Shown here: positions 12,095-19,650 of the stretch, one piece after another
Position numbering within the stretch: position 1 is the stretch's first letter
How the letters are laid out: each line of letters opens with the position of its first letter
Notes under the pieces: model-generated
What the model saw: only the letters and a program-made list of their open reading frames with translations
What the model was told of the DNA's origin: nothing
Databases searched by the model: none
Assembly (NCBI GenBank): GCA_035544515.1
Contig: DATKEG010000010.1
Location: 1 to 62,192 of the forward strand
Length of the DNA: 62,192 bases
Source: Vicinamibacteria bacterium
GTDB taxonomy: Bacteria > Acidobacteriota > Vicinamibacteria > Fen-336
Direction: 5' to 3'
Made by a program: the position numbers and the translations under genes

Positions 12095-12805
12095 GTGGTC
12101 CGACCCCGCATCATAGCGAGAATTCAGGCGTGGCTCCTGTTCGCCCTGGCCGGCCCGCTCGCGGCCTGCGGCGGCGGCCCCTCCCCTCCGCCCGCGGGCT
12201 CGCCGCCGGCCTCGGCCGAACCCTCGCCGCCGCCGGCCGCGGCGGTGGTCCACCCGGCCGTCCTGTTCCTCGGCACGAGCCTGACCGCGGGTCTCGGCCT
12301 CGACCCCGACGAGTCCTACCCCGCGCGCATCCAGGAGAAGATCGACGCGGCCGGGCTGCGCTACCGTGTGATCAACGCCGGGGTCAGCGGAGAGACTTCG
12401 GCCGGCGCGCGGCGGCGCATCGACTGGCTCCTGGACGCGCGGCCGGCGTCGGTGCTGGTCGTGGAGACCGGCGCCAACGACGGGTTGCGCGGCATCGACC
12501 CCGCGGACGCGCGCGCGAACATCCACGCCATCTTCGACCGCGCGCGGCAGCAGGCGCCGCCGCCCGCGCTCGTGCTCATCGGCATGGCGGCTCCACCCAA
12601 CCTGGGTTCGCGCTACACGGAGCAGTTCCGAGGGATCTACGCGGATCTGGCCCGGGAGAACGGGGCGGTGCTCGTCCCCTTTCTCCTCGAGGGCGTGGCC
12701 GGCATCCCGCGCCTCAACCAGCCCGACGGCGTCCATCCCACCGCCGAGGGCCAGCGGCTCCTCGCCGACACCGTCTGGACGCACCTGCGGCCACTCCTGA
12801 AGTAG
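12095..12805 (+). CDS. SGNH/GDSL arylesterase-lysophospholipase (TesA-like), lipoprotein-type signal
   Basis: Lipobox LAACGG. SGNH blocks are present (GTSLTAG, GANDG, DGVHP). It is divergent from the ybbA/ybbP-like pair, matching the tesA-ybbA-ybbP arrangement known in E. coli. Confidence 0.85.
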   Translation: MVRPRIIARIQAWLLFALAGPLAACGGGPSPPPAGSPPASAEPSPPPAAAVVHPAVLFLGTSLTAGLGLDPDESYPARIQEKIDAAGLRYRVINAGVSGETSAGARRRIDWLLDARPASVLVVETGANDGLRGIDPADARANIHAIFDRARQQAPPPALVLIGMAAPPNLGSRYTEQFRGIYADLARENGAVLVPFLLEGVAGIPRLNQPDGVHPTAEGQRLLADTVWTHLRPLLK

Positions 12806-12808
12806 TCC

Positions 12809-13660
12809 TCACTTCAGCTCGGGCGGCAGTTCCCAGCCCCGCCGCCTCAGCTCCTCGCGCGCCTCCGCGCCGTGCCGCACCTGCGCCCAGAGCTGGGCCT
12901 TGCGTTTGGCGTCGTGCCCGGGCGCGAACTCGTGGCTGGTCATGGCGCGGCACTCGGACTGGCCGCAGGCGCAGGGAGACAGGCCGGGCAGCGTGAGCTG
13001 TGGAGCGGCCGCGGGCGGCTGGGTACAACGCCGGTACGGGTGCGGGGGCAGCGCGCGGATGGGCAGGACGATGACGCCCTCTTCGGGATCTCCGGTCGCC
13101 ACGAACTCACCGCGCAGCGCATAGAGGCCGGTGAGGGCGGCCAGCGCCGCGTCGATCAGGTCGGCGCTCCGCAGGAGCGCAACGTCGAGACCCTGCGCGC
13201 GCAGCACCGCGGCGCGCCAGGTATGCTTCGGCACGGCGGCGGGGGGCAGGCCATCGGCGAGAACCACGGCCGTGGCGTGCGGGAACACCTCGACGGTCGT
13301 GCCCCGCACCGCGCCGCGTCGGTAGATCGGAAATCCGACCGAGCCGGTCACGGCGAAGACGCGGAAGCCGACCTTCATCCAGCCGTAGAACGCGTGGTCG
13401 CGTTTGCGCGGATCGGAGGGCGTCCCATAGGAGTGGATGGCGAGGCGGCGCAGCTGCTGCTCGGCTCGACGCGACCCGCCCCGCGCTCCCCAGGCGGGGG
13501 GGGAGTCGACCGCGACCACGTCGGGACGGAGCTCGCGGACCAGCTCGGCCAGGGTCTCCGGGCGCAGGTTCGAGCGCAGGGCGGCCGGCCCGGGAGACCC
13601 GTCGAGCAGCACGAGGTCCAGTCCACGTCGCTCCGACACGTCCACACCCAGCGCTCTCAT
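12809..13660 (-). CDS. DUF429-like (predicted RNase H-fold) protein with a Cys-containing C-terminal tail
   Basis: 283-aa ORF. The N-terminus MRALGVDVSERRGLDLVLLD...VVAVDSPP resembles the DUF429 family as I remember it. The tail contains CACGQSEC. Confidence 0.6.
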   Translation of the reverse strand: MRALGVDVSERRGLDLVLLDGSPGPAALRSNLRPETLAELVRELRPDVVAVDSPPAWGARGGSRRAEQQLRRLAIHSYGTPSDPRKRDHAFYGWMKVGFRVFAVTGSVGFPIYRRGAVRGTTVEVFPHATAVVLADGLPPAAVPKHTWRAAVLRAQGLDVALLRSADLIDAALAALTGLYALRGEFVATGDPEEGVIVLPIRALPPHPYRRCTQPPAAAPQLTLPGLSPCACGQSECRAMTSHEFAPGHDAKRKAQLWAQVRHGAEAREELRRRGWELPPELK

Positions 13661-13684
13661 GCCTGGCTTCTCGGATGGGGCACG

Positions 13685-14692
13685 CTACGCCGCGGGGTCG
13701 GCACCGTCAAGCCGCCGTGTCCGCGCATCCCAGGCGTCCCGCAGGAAGGACATCACACGCTCGGCGGCCCAGAAACGGCCCCCGGCCCGCGTCGGCCCCA
13801 CGAACCCGACGTGGCCGCCCGTGGGCGTCATCTCGCGGCGCACCAGGCCCGACTCCGGGAGCGGCCAGCGCGCCACCGTCGCGGGGGGGATCATCGGGTC
13901 GTCGGCCGTGGCCAGGATGAGCGTGGGCCGATCGATGCGCGTGAGCCAGGGGCCGGAGCTGGAGCGGGCGTAGTAGTCGTCCGCGCCGGCGAACCCGCCG
14001 TAGTGCGCCGTGACCGCGTGGTCGAACTCGCGGATGGTGCGGGTGGCGCGCTCGCGGCCGCGGGCGTAGACGTCGGGGAGGAGGCGCTGGCGCTCGCGGT
14101 AGGCCGCGCGAAGGCCACGCACGTAGTGGCTCTGGTACAGCCGGTTGCCGCGGCGGCCGAGCGCGTCCGCGCAGGCGCCGAGGTCGAGGGGCGGGGACAC
14201 CGCCGTGGCCGCGAACACGCCGTGGGGAAGCTGCGCCCCCGAGCGGCCGAGCGCGAGCAGGACCAGGTTCCCGCCGAGCGAGAACCCGGCCAGGGCCAGG
14301 TGCGGGGTCCGCCGCGCGAGCGCCTGGGCCACGGCGACGAGGTCCGCGTCCAGGCCCGCGTTGTACAGCCGCGCACAGTGCGCCTGCCCGTCGCCGGCCC
14401 CGCGCATGTTCATGCGCGCGACGTTCCAGCCGTCCGCCCAGGCCAGCTCTCCGGTGGCGATGACGTAACCGGACGCGTCGCATCCCCCGAGACCGTGCAG
14501 CAGGACGAGGGTGGGCCTCTGCGCGGCGTCCTCGCGCCAGCTCGCGCGCACCAGCAGGCGCGCGCCCTCCCCGGCTTCCACCACCAGGTCCTCGGCGGGC
14601 ACGCTCCAGCGCAGCCGCCGCCGCGACCAGTAGCCGAGGAGCGTCTGCACGTGGCCTCCGTGCAGCCACGCGCGCGGGCGGAAGGAGGTCAC
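13685..14692 (-). CDS. Alpha/beta hydrolase (YheT-type)
   Basis: The GTG at 14692 overlaps the upstream TGA (GTGA). HGLGG oxyanion motif and nucleophile elbow GFSLGG are present. The N-terminal 247 aa of the 582-aa track ORF are an out-of-frame read through the neighbouring gene. Confidence 0.85.
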   Translation of the reverse strand: MTSFRPRAWLHGGHVQTLLGYWSRRRLRWSVPAEDLVVEAGEGARLLVRASWREDAAQRPTLVLLHGLGGCDASGYVIATGELAWADGWNVARMNMRGAGDGQAHCARLYNAGLDADLVAVAQALARRTPHLALAGFSLGGNLVLLALGRSGAQLPHGVFAATAVSPPLDLGACADALGRRGNRLYQSHYVRGLRAAYRERQRLLPDVYARGRERATRTIREFDHAVTAHYGGFAGADDYYARSSSGPWLTRIDRPTLILATADDPMIPPATVARWPLPESGLVRREMTPTGGHVGFVGPTRAGGRFWAAERVMSFLRDAWDARTRRLDGADPAA

Positions 14693-15717
14693 AGCCGCAG
14701 CACGATCTTGCCGAAGTGCTCCGAGGCCTCCAGCATCTCGTGCGCTCGGCGCGCGGCCTCGAACGGCAGGACGGCGTGCACGACCGGGCGCAGCCCTCCC
14801 GCGAAGAACAGCCCGGCCGCGTCGTGCAGCTCCGCCTTGCTTCCCATGTACGAACCCATGAGCGTGAGCTGCCTGGAGAAAACGTAGCGCAGGTCCGTGG
14901 CGCCGACGGGGCCCGTGGTGGCGCCGCAGGTGACGAGCCGCCCGCGCGGCGCGAGGGCGAGGATCGAGCGTTCCCAGGTCGCCTTTCCGACGTGCTCGAC
15001 CACCACCTCGACGCCCTTCTTGCCGGTGAGCCGGCGCACCTCTGCGACGACGTCGCCCGTGCGGTGGTCGACCACGTCGTCCGCGCCGATCGTCCGCGCC
15101 CTGGCCAGCTTGGCCTCGGTGCCCGCGGTGGCGATCACGCGCGCGCCGAAACGCTTCGCGACCTGGATGGCGGCCATGCCCACGCCGCTTCCCGCCGCCC
15201 ACACCAGCACATCCTCTCCCGGGCGCACCGCGGCGCGCGTCAGCAGCATCCGCCAGGCGGTCAGGAAGACGAGGGGAAAGGCGGCGGCGTCCTCGAAGGG
15301 CACGTGGTCGGGCAAGGGGACGAGGTTCACGAGCGGACAACGCACGCGTTCCGCGTAGCCGCCTGGGATCTGGTAACCGAGCAGGCGGTACTGCCGGCAG
15401 GAGTTGTCCTCGCCGGCCAGGCACATGCGGCACCGCCCGCAGGACACCCCCGGGGCGAGGAGGACGCGCTGCCCGGGCGTGATCCCCTCCGCCGGGCTGC
15501 CGAGCGCGAGCACCTCGCCGGCGATGTCGCTGCCGAGCACGTGGGGGAACTCGAGGGCGCGGCCCGACTGTCCCAGCCGCGTCCAGACGTCGAGGCGGTT
15601 GAGCGCGCAGGCGCGCACCCGCACCACCGCCTCGCCCGGTCCCGCGACGGGATCCGGCAGCTCGGCCGGCTCGAGCACCTCCTTTCCCCCGTGGCGGTTG
15701 ATGACGATGGCTCTCAT
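14689..15717 (-). CDS. Zinc-type alcohol dehydrogenase / quinone oxidoreductase (MDR superfamily)
   Basis: 342-aa ORF. GroES-like N-terminal domain (MRAIVINRHGG...LNRLD), Cys cluster CGRCRMCLAGEDNSC, and Rossmann motif AAGSGVG. Confidence 0.9.
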   Translation of the reverse strand: MRAIVINRHGGKEVLEPAELPDPVAGPGEAVVRVRACALNRLDVWTRLGQSGRALEFPHVLGSDIAGEVLALGSPAEGITPGQRVLLAPGVSCGRCRMCLAGEDNSCRQYRLLGYQIPGGYAERVRCPLVNLVPLPDHVPFEDAAAFPLVFLTAWRMLLTRAAVRPGEDVLVWAAGSGVGMAAIQVAKRFGARVIATAGTEAKLARARTIGADDVVDHRTGDVVAEVRRLTGKKGVEVVVEHVGKATWERSILALAPRGRLVTCGATTGPVGATDLRYVFSRQLTLMGSYMGSKAELHDAAGLFFAGGLRPVVHAVLPFEAARRAHEMLEASEHFGKIVLRL

Positions 15718-15793
15718 GGCGACACGCTCACTATAATTCGAACCTCATGGATGCGCGGTACGCGCGACACGCGCGGCCCGAGATGCGAAGGTG

Positions 15794-15950
15794 GTCACGG
15801 ACGCCCACGGAGCGGGATTCACTCCCGCGCAGTGGAGACGAACGGTGAGGTCTGGCCCCGAGGGACCAGTGGGGCGGGTATGAGTCACGGACGCCCACGG
15901 AGCGGGATTCACTCCCGCGCAGTGGGCGAAGGGGAGGTCTAGGAGGGGAA
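15794..15950. repeat. Tandem (about 1.7 copies, 90-bp period) hairpin repeat of the dispersed intergenic family
   Basis: A 42-nt block, GTCACGGACGCCCACGGAGCGGGATTCACTCCCGCGCAGTGG, is identical at 15794..15835 and 15884..15925. Each copy is followed by a degenerate GA(A)nGGnGAGGTCTnGG tail. Hairpin: GCGGGA-TTCAC-TCCCGC extended by CCAC/GTGG. Confidence 0.9.
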
Positions 15951-15974
15951 ACACGGCGCAGTGTTTCCCCTCCT
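15941..15974 (+). promoter_or_regulatory. Perfect 14-bp-stem hairpin immediately upstream of the ftsE start
   Basis: AGGAGGGGAAACAC-GGCGCA-GTGTTTCCCCTCCT. It ends 7 nt before ATG 15982. There is no U-tract, and its function is unknown. Confidence 0.4.
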
Positions 15975-15981
15975 ACGTAGA

Positions 15982-16638
15982 ATGATCCAGAGCTTCCACG
16001 TCTACAAGCAATACGACCGCGAGAGCAGCGCCCTCCACGACGTCACCCTCCACATCAGGAAGGGCGAGTTCTGCTTCCTCACCGGCCCGTCCGGCGCCGG
16101 CAAGACGACGTTCCTGAAGCTCGTCTTCCGCGAAGAGCTGCCGTCGCAGGGCCAGATCCTCGTGGGCGGCCGCAACGTCACCGCGATCCCCGACGGGCAG
16201 ATCCCGGAGCTGCGCCGTTCCATCGGCGTGGTGTTCCAGGACTTCAAGCTGCTCAAGCGCAAGACCATCCTCGAGAACGTCGCGTTCGTGCTGCGCATCC
16301 TGGCCGTGCCCGCGCGCGAGCAGAAGCGCCGCGCGTTCGTCGCGCTCAAGTCCGTGGGCCTGCACCACAAGATGCACGCCTACCCGTTGCAGCTCTCGGG
16401 CGGCGAGCAGCAGAGGGTGGCCATCGCGCGGGCGCTCATCAACGAGCCCATGCTCCTGCTCGCGGACGAGCCCACCGGCAACCTCGACCCGGACATGGCC
16501 CAGGAGACCATGACGCTGTTCCAGGACGTCAACGCGCGCGGCACCACCGTGCTGGTGGCCACGCACGACCGCGAGATGATCCAGCGCATGGGCAAGCGCG
16601 TGATCACCCTCGATCGCGGCCGGGTGATGAGCGGGTAG
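15982..16638 (+). CDS. ftsE: Cell division ATP-binding protein FtsE
   Basis: The N-terminus MIQSFHVYKQY resembles the FtsE N-terminus. Walker A GPSGAGKTT, signature LSGGEQQR and Walker B LLLADEPT are present. ATG 15982 is preferred over the GTG at 15961. Confidence 0.92.
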   Translation: MIQSFHVYKQYDRESSALHDVTLHIRKGEFCFLTGPSGAGKTTFLKLVFREELPSQGQILVGGRNVTAIPDGQIPELRRSIGVVFQDFKLLKRKTILENVAFVLRILAVPAREQKRRAFVALKSVGLHHKMHAYPLQLSGGEQQRVAIARALINEPMLLLADEPTGNLDPDMAQETMTLFQDVNARGTTVLVATHDREMIQRMGKRVITLDRGRVMSG

Positions 16639-16714
16639 TCAGGCCGCGGCCAGCATCGCGTTGACGCGCGCCACCACCGCCTCCAGCGCCACCGCGTTCT
16701 CGGCGCCCTCCGGG
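16639..16714. repeat. 76-bp perfect direct duplicate of the udk 3' end, including its stop codon
   Basis: Identical to 16828..16903. It starts one base after the ftsE stop. On the minus strand it would encode the last 24 udk codons plus the stop, but it has no start. Confidence 0.95.
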
Positions 16715-16827
16715 CAGGAGCGCCCGCAGGCGGCGCCTCCTTTCCGCCCGAGCGGGATTCACTCCCGCGAGGGCGGAATTGGTCGACGAGCGCCGCCGAG
16801 GACGCGGACGTGCGCCGGGAACGCGGC
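16715..16827. repeat. Full-length copy of the dispersed hairpin repeat family, sandwiched between the two 76-bp udk-tail copies
   Basis: Contains CCGCCC-GA-GCGGGA-TTCAC-TCCCGC-GA-GGGCGG plus the flanking CCCGCAGGCGG box. Confidence 0.8.
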
Positions 16828-17448
16828 TCAGGCCGCGGCCAGCATCGCGTTGACGCGCGCCACCACCGCCTCCAGCGCCACCGCGTTCTCGGCGCCCTCC
16901 GGGATGATGAGGTCCGCATAGCGCTTGGAAGGCTCTACGAACTCCAGGTGCATGGGGCGCACGGCCTCCAGGTACTGGCGCTCCACGGAGTCGAACGTGC
17001 GGCCGCGCTCCTTCAGGTCGCGCCGGAGCCGGCGGAGGATGCGCACGTCGGCGTCCGTGTCGATGAAGAGCTTGATGTCCATGAGGCGGCGCAGCGGCTC
17101 CTCGGCCAGGATGAGGATGCCCTCGAGGAGGACCACGGGCCGGGGCGTGAGCGGGTCGGTGAGCGTGTGGCGCGAGTAGGTCGCGTGGTCGTAGGTGAGG
17201 TGCGGTACGGGCCGCCCGGCCTTGAGGTCGCGCAGGTCCTGGATGAGCAGCGAGGTGTCGAAGGCGTCCGGGTGGTCGTAATTGATGGTGGCGCGGGCTT
17301 CCGCGCTCAGCCCGCTGCCGTCCTTGTAATACGCGTCCTGGGCCAAGGTCACGCAGCGCCGGGGTCCGAGTCGGTCGAGCAACCGGGACGCGAACGACGT
17401 CTTGCCCGAACCTGTGCCCCCCGCCACGCCGATCAGGACGGACATCAC
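16828..17448 (-). CDS. udk: Uridine kinase
   Basis: P-loop VAGGTGSGKTS and a 206-aa length typical of Udk. The last 76 bp are duplicated at 16639..16714. Confidence 0.92.
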   Translation of the reverse strand: MMSVLIGVAGGTGSGKTSFASRLLDRLGPRRCVTLAQDAYYKDGSGLSAEARATINYDHPDAFDTSLLIQDLRDLKAGRPVPHLTYDHATYSRHTLTDPLTPRPVVLLEGILILAEEPLRRLMDIKLFIDTDADVRILRRLRRDLKERGRTFDSVERQYLEAVRPMHLEFVEPSKRYADLIIPEGAENAVALEAVVARVNAMLAAA

Positions 17449-17555
17449 GGGCGAACGTACGTGGACCGGCCGCCGGCTGTCAACGCCCGCCGGCCAACAC
17501 GCCCGCCGGCCCGGTGGCCTTCGCCGCGAACGTCGCGGATAATCCGGGCCCCGGC

Positions 17556-18452
17556 ATGATGGCTCCGCTCCGCGCCCTGGCCTACTTCCTCGAGGAAGCG
17601 CTCACGAGCCTGTGGCGCGGCCGCCTCATCAACGCGCTCTCCATCGGGACCATCGCGGTCTCCCTCTTCGTTCTGGGCGCCTTCCTGACCGTGGCCGGCA
17701 ACCTCAACCAGGTGGTCGACCGCTGGACCCAGAAGGTGCGCGTGACGTTCTACCTCGCCGACGGCCTGGAGCCCCACATCCTTGACAGCCTGGTGAACCG
17801 CCTGGGGGACGACCCGGCCGTGGAGTCGGTCGAGCTCGTCTCGCGCGAGGAGGCGCTGGAGCGCTTCCGCACGCTCTTCCGCGACCTGCGCACGCTGCCC
17901 GACGACCTTGGCGAGAACCCCTTCCCGGCGTCGCTCGAGGTCGCCCTGCGCGCCCTCGGCCAGTCACCCGACGAAGTACGGCGGCTGGTGCGCCAGTTCG
18001 AGAAGGCGCCCGGCGTGCAGGAGGTGCAATACGACCTTCTCTGGATCGAGCGTCTCTCCACCGCCGCGCGCCTGGTGCGCGGAGTGGGCGCGCTGCTGGG
18101 CGGCATCCTGGTGCTGGCCGGCGTGTTCACGATCTCGAACGTGATCCGGTTGACCGTCTACGCGCGCCAGGACGAGCTGGACATCATGCGCCTGGTGGGA
18201 GCGACGCGCGCGTACGTCAAGGGCCCCTTCGTGGTGGAAGGGATGCTGCAGGGTGGGCTCGGCGGGCTGGTGGCCGTCGGACTGCTCTGGCTCGCCTTCC
18301 GCGTGCTGGCCACGGAGGCGATGGCCGCATCGGACCTCATGGGCCGGACGGTCGTCCTGCTCCCGCGACAGCTCGCCGTGCTGCTCGTGGCCGGCGGCAT
18401 GGTGGCCGGGATCGTGGGCAGCCTGGTCAGCCTGGGACGGACGCGCGTCTGA
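17556..18452 (+). CDS. ftsX: Cell division permease-like protein FtsX
   Basis: Four TM segments with an extracytoplasmic loop between TM1 and TM2, as in the FtsX fold. The start is either ATG 17556 or GTG 17514. Confidence 0.88.
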   Translation: MMAPLRALAYFLEEALTSLWRGRLINALSIGTIAVSLFVLGAFLTVAGNLNQVVDRWTQKVRVTFYLADGLEPHILDSLVNRLGDDPAVESVELVSREEALERFRTLFRDLRTLPDDLGENPFPASLEVALRALGQSPDEVRRLVRQFEKAPGVQEVQYDLLWIERLSTAARLVRGVGALLGGILVLAGVFTISNVIRLTVYARQDELDIMRLVGATRAYVKGPFVVEGMLQGGLGGLVAVGLLWLAFRVLATEAMAASDLMGRTVVLLPRQLAVLLVAGGMVAGIVGSLVSLGRTRV

Positions 18453-19214
18453 TCAGAACTTGTACGTCTTCCCCTGGATGAACAGGTGGAGCCGCTTCCG
18501 TCCCAGCTCCCGCACCTGCTGCCGGATGCGCTTGAGATGCTTCGGCTTGAACCCGTAGAGGTACACGGGCACGTCCACCTTGAGCTTCTTCAGCTCGTGC
18601 GCCAGTCCGGCCGGCGTGAGATGGCCCGACACGTTGGCCAGGTCCTGCATCTCGTTCGGGAAGGACGTCTCGGTGATCACGGCCTTGAGGTTCCGGGTCG
18701 CGTTCACCACCTCCCAGAACCGCTCCGTGGGTCCGGTGTCGCTGGAGAAGGCGACCGCCGCCTTCTTGTCCTCCACGATGAAGCCCGTGGTCGGGACGAT
18801 GTGCGAGACGTGGATGGCCCGGAAGGTGAGCCCGTTTATGGTGAAGGGCTTCTCGGGCGTGATCTCGATCAGCTTCAGGACCGGCGTCATGTCGTTGGGC
18901 AGGCTGGTGAAGTCGGGCCAGGTGAGGTTGTTGAACAGGTGGTTTCGCATCGAGGCCACGACTTCCGGGATGGCGTAGATGCGCAGGGAAAAACCGGGCG
19001 AGCTGAAGTTGTTGTCGATGAGGAAGGGCAGCGTGCACGTGTGGTCGAGGTGCGAGTGCGAGATGAGGATGTCCTTGACCTTCACCTGCTGCTTGAGCGA
19101 GAGCGCGCTCGAAACCCAGCCGGCGTCGAGCGCCACGGTGTCGTTGACTAGGAGCGAGGTCATCCCGTGGCCGGGGATGTTCCCTCCGTAGCAGCCGAGC
19201 ACCTTAAGCTTCAT
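18453..19214 (-). CDS. Class II 3',5'-cyclic-nucleotide phosphodiesterase-like MBL-fold hydrolase
   Basis: 253-aa ORF with an HSHLDH motif in a metallo-beta-lactamase-fold context. The protein is rich in K, N, F and I, and the DNA is visibly less GC-rich than the flanks. Its stop codon abuts the ftsX stop (TGATCA). Confidence 0.75.
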   Translation of the reverse strand: MKLKVLGCYGGNIPGHGMTSLLVNDTVALDAGWVSSALSLKQQVKVKDILISHSHLDHTCTLPFLIDNNFSSPGFSLRIYAIPEVVASMRNHLFNNLTWPDFTSLPNDMTPVLKLIEITPEKPFTINGLTFRAIHVSHIVPTTGFIVEDKKAAVAFSSDTGPTERFWEVVNATRNLKAVITETSFPNEMQDLANVSGHLTPAGLAHELKKLKVDVPVYLYGFKPKHLKRIRQQVRELGRKRLHLFIQGKTYKF

Positions 19215-19388
19215 CGCCGCCGTGCTGCTCCAAGTAACTCATTTTGAGACGTTTGGCGGGTCAGGGTCGCGGCGACGGTAACATGCGCAAACTTGCAGTG
19301 TCAAGTGGCCGCGCGCACGCAGGCCCGCAAATGCACAACGCACGGTAGCCGAACGACGCACGCACGCGAGGGATTGTAGCCTTTACGC

Positions 19389-19418
19389 TTGACACCGCCG
19401 CGGCGCGGTTCGTACACT
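19389..19418 (+). promoter_or_regulatory. Sigma70-type promoter candidate for the orphan transcript
   Basis: TTGACA (19389..19394), an 18-nt spacer, then TACACT (19413..19418). The predicted TSS is near 19425. Confidence 0.5.
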
Positions 19419-19424
19419 TCCGCC

Positions 19425-19650
19425 ACGCGAGAAAGGAGGTGGTCCAGTGGACAGTTGCCATAAACCACGCGAGGTGGCTGACGTCGGGGAGGTGAGCCGA
19501 GCGTAGTCAACCGGCACTCTCAACTGGATGCCTCCGACCCGGGGCCGGATCGGTCCCGCGCCGGGCGGGGGCCGCTAGGCGCGACTTCCTGGCGAATCCC
19601 AACAGCCGACCGGCCCCGGAGGGAACGAAAACCCTCCGGGGTTTTTCCTT
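19425..19650 (+). ncRNA. Candidate ~225-nt structured small RNA or short-ORF mRNA of unknown class
   Basis: It is bounded by its own promoter and a canonical intrinsic terminator, and it lies between two minus-strand genes. It has long-range pairing (GGAGG..TCCAGT at 19435..19448 with ACTGGA..CCTCC at 19521..19533) and several local GC hairpins. It also carries AAAGGAGG plus GTG 19447 opening a 19-codon ORF. Confidence 0.45.

Noticed and set aside
13685-15433. 582-aa ORF extending the alpha/beta hydrolase upstream. The same pattern occurs in 36447..39134, 34380..35798, 53681..55696, 27185..30088 and 6205..7164.
   Set aside because: The upstream parts overlap neighbouring well-supported genes in another frame. 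In each case an internal GTG, ATG or TTG overlapping the previous stop codon gives a protein that begins where family homology begins.
15721-15793. tRNA-like TTCGAACC motif near 15738
   Set aside because: No acceptor stem or anticodon-arm cloverleaf can be drawn around it. It lies in the promoter-proximal region of the oxidoreductase gene.
15794-15925. Possible mini CRISPR array (two identical 42-nt repeats with a 48-nt spacer)
   Set aside because: There are only two repeats. The sequence following each repeat is also homologous, so this is a 90-bp tandem duplication and not repeat-spacer. The same hairpin occurs as dispersed single copies elsewhere in the window. No cas genes or leader are present.
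15745-15954. 69-aa ORF on the minus strand with the internally repeated peptide HCAGVNPAPWASVT
   Set aside because: The internal repeat is simply the translation of the tandem DNA repeat. There is no SD or start context and no family resemblance.
19425-19650. Identity of the orphan RNA as RNase P RNA, tmRNA, SRP RNA, 6S RNA, or a TPP or cobalamin riboswitch
   Set aside because: It lacks the GAGGAAAGTCCGGGC/ACAGAAACCCGGCTTA boxes of RNase P. It lacks a tRNA-like CCA end and tag ORF (tmRNA). It lacks GGAAGCAGCC (SRP domain IV) and the CTGAGA/ACCTGATCTGGATAATGCCAGCG motifs (TPP). It has no convincing B12 box. No downstream same-strand gene exists for a riboswitch. 6S cannot be excluded by eye, but end-to-end pairing is poor.
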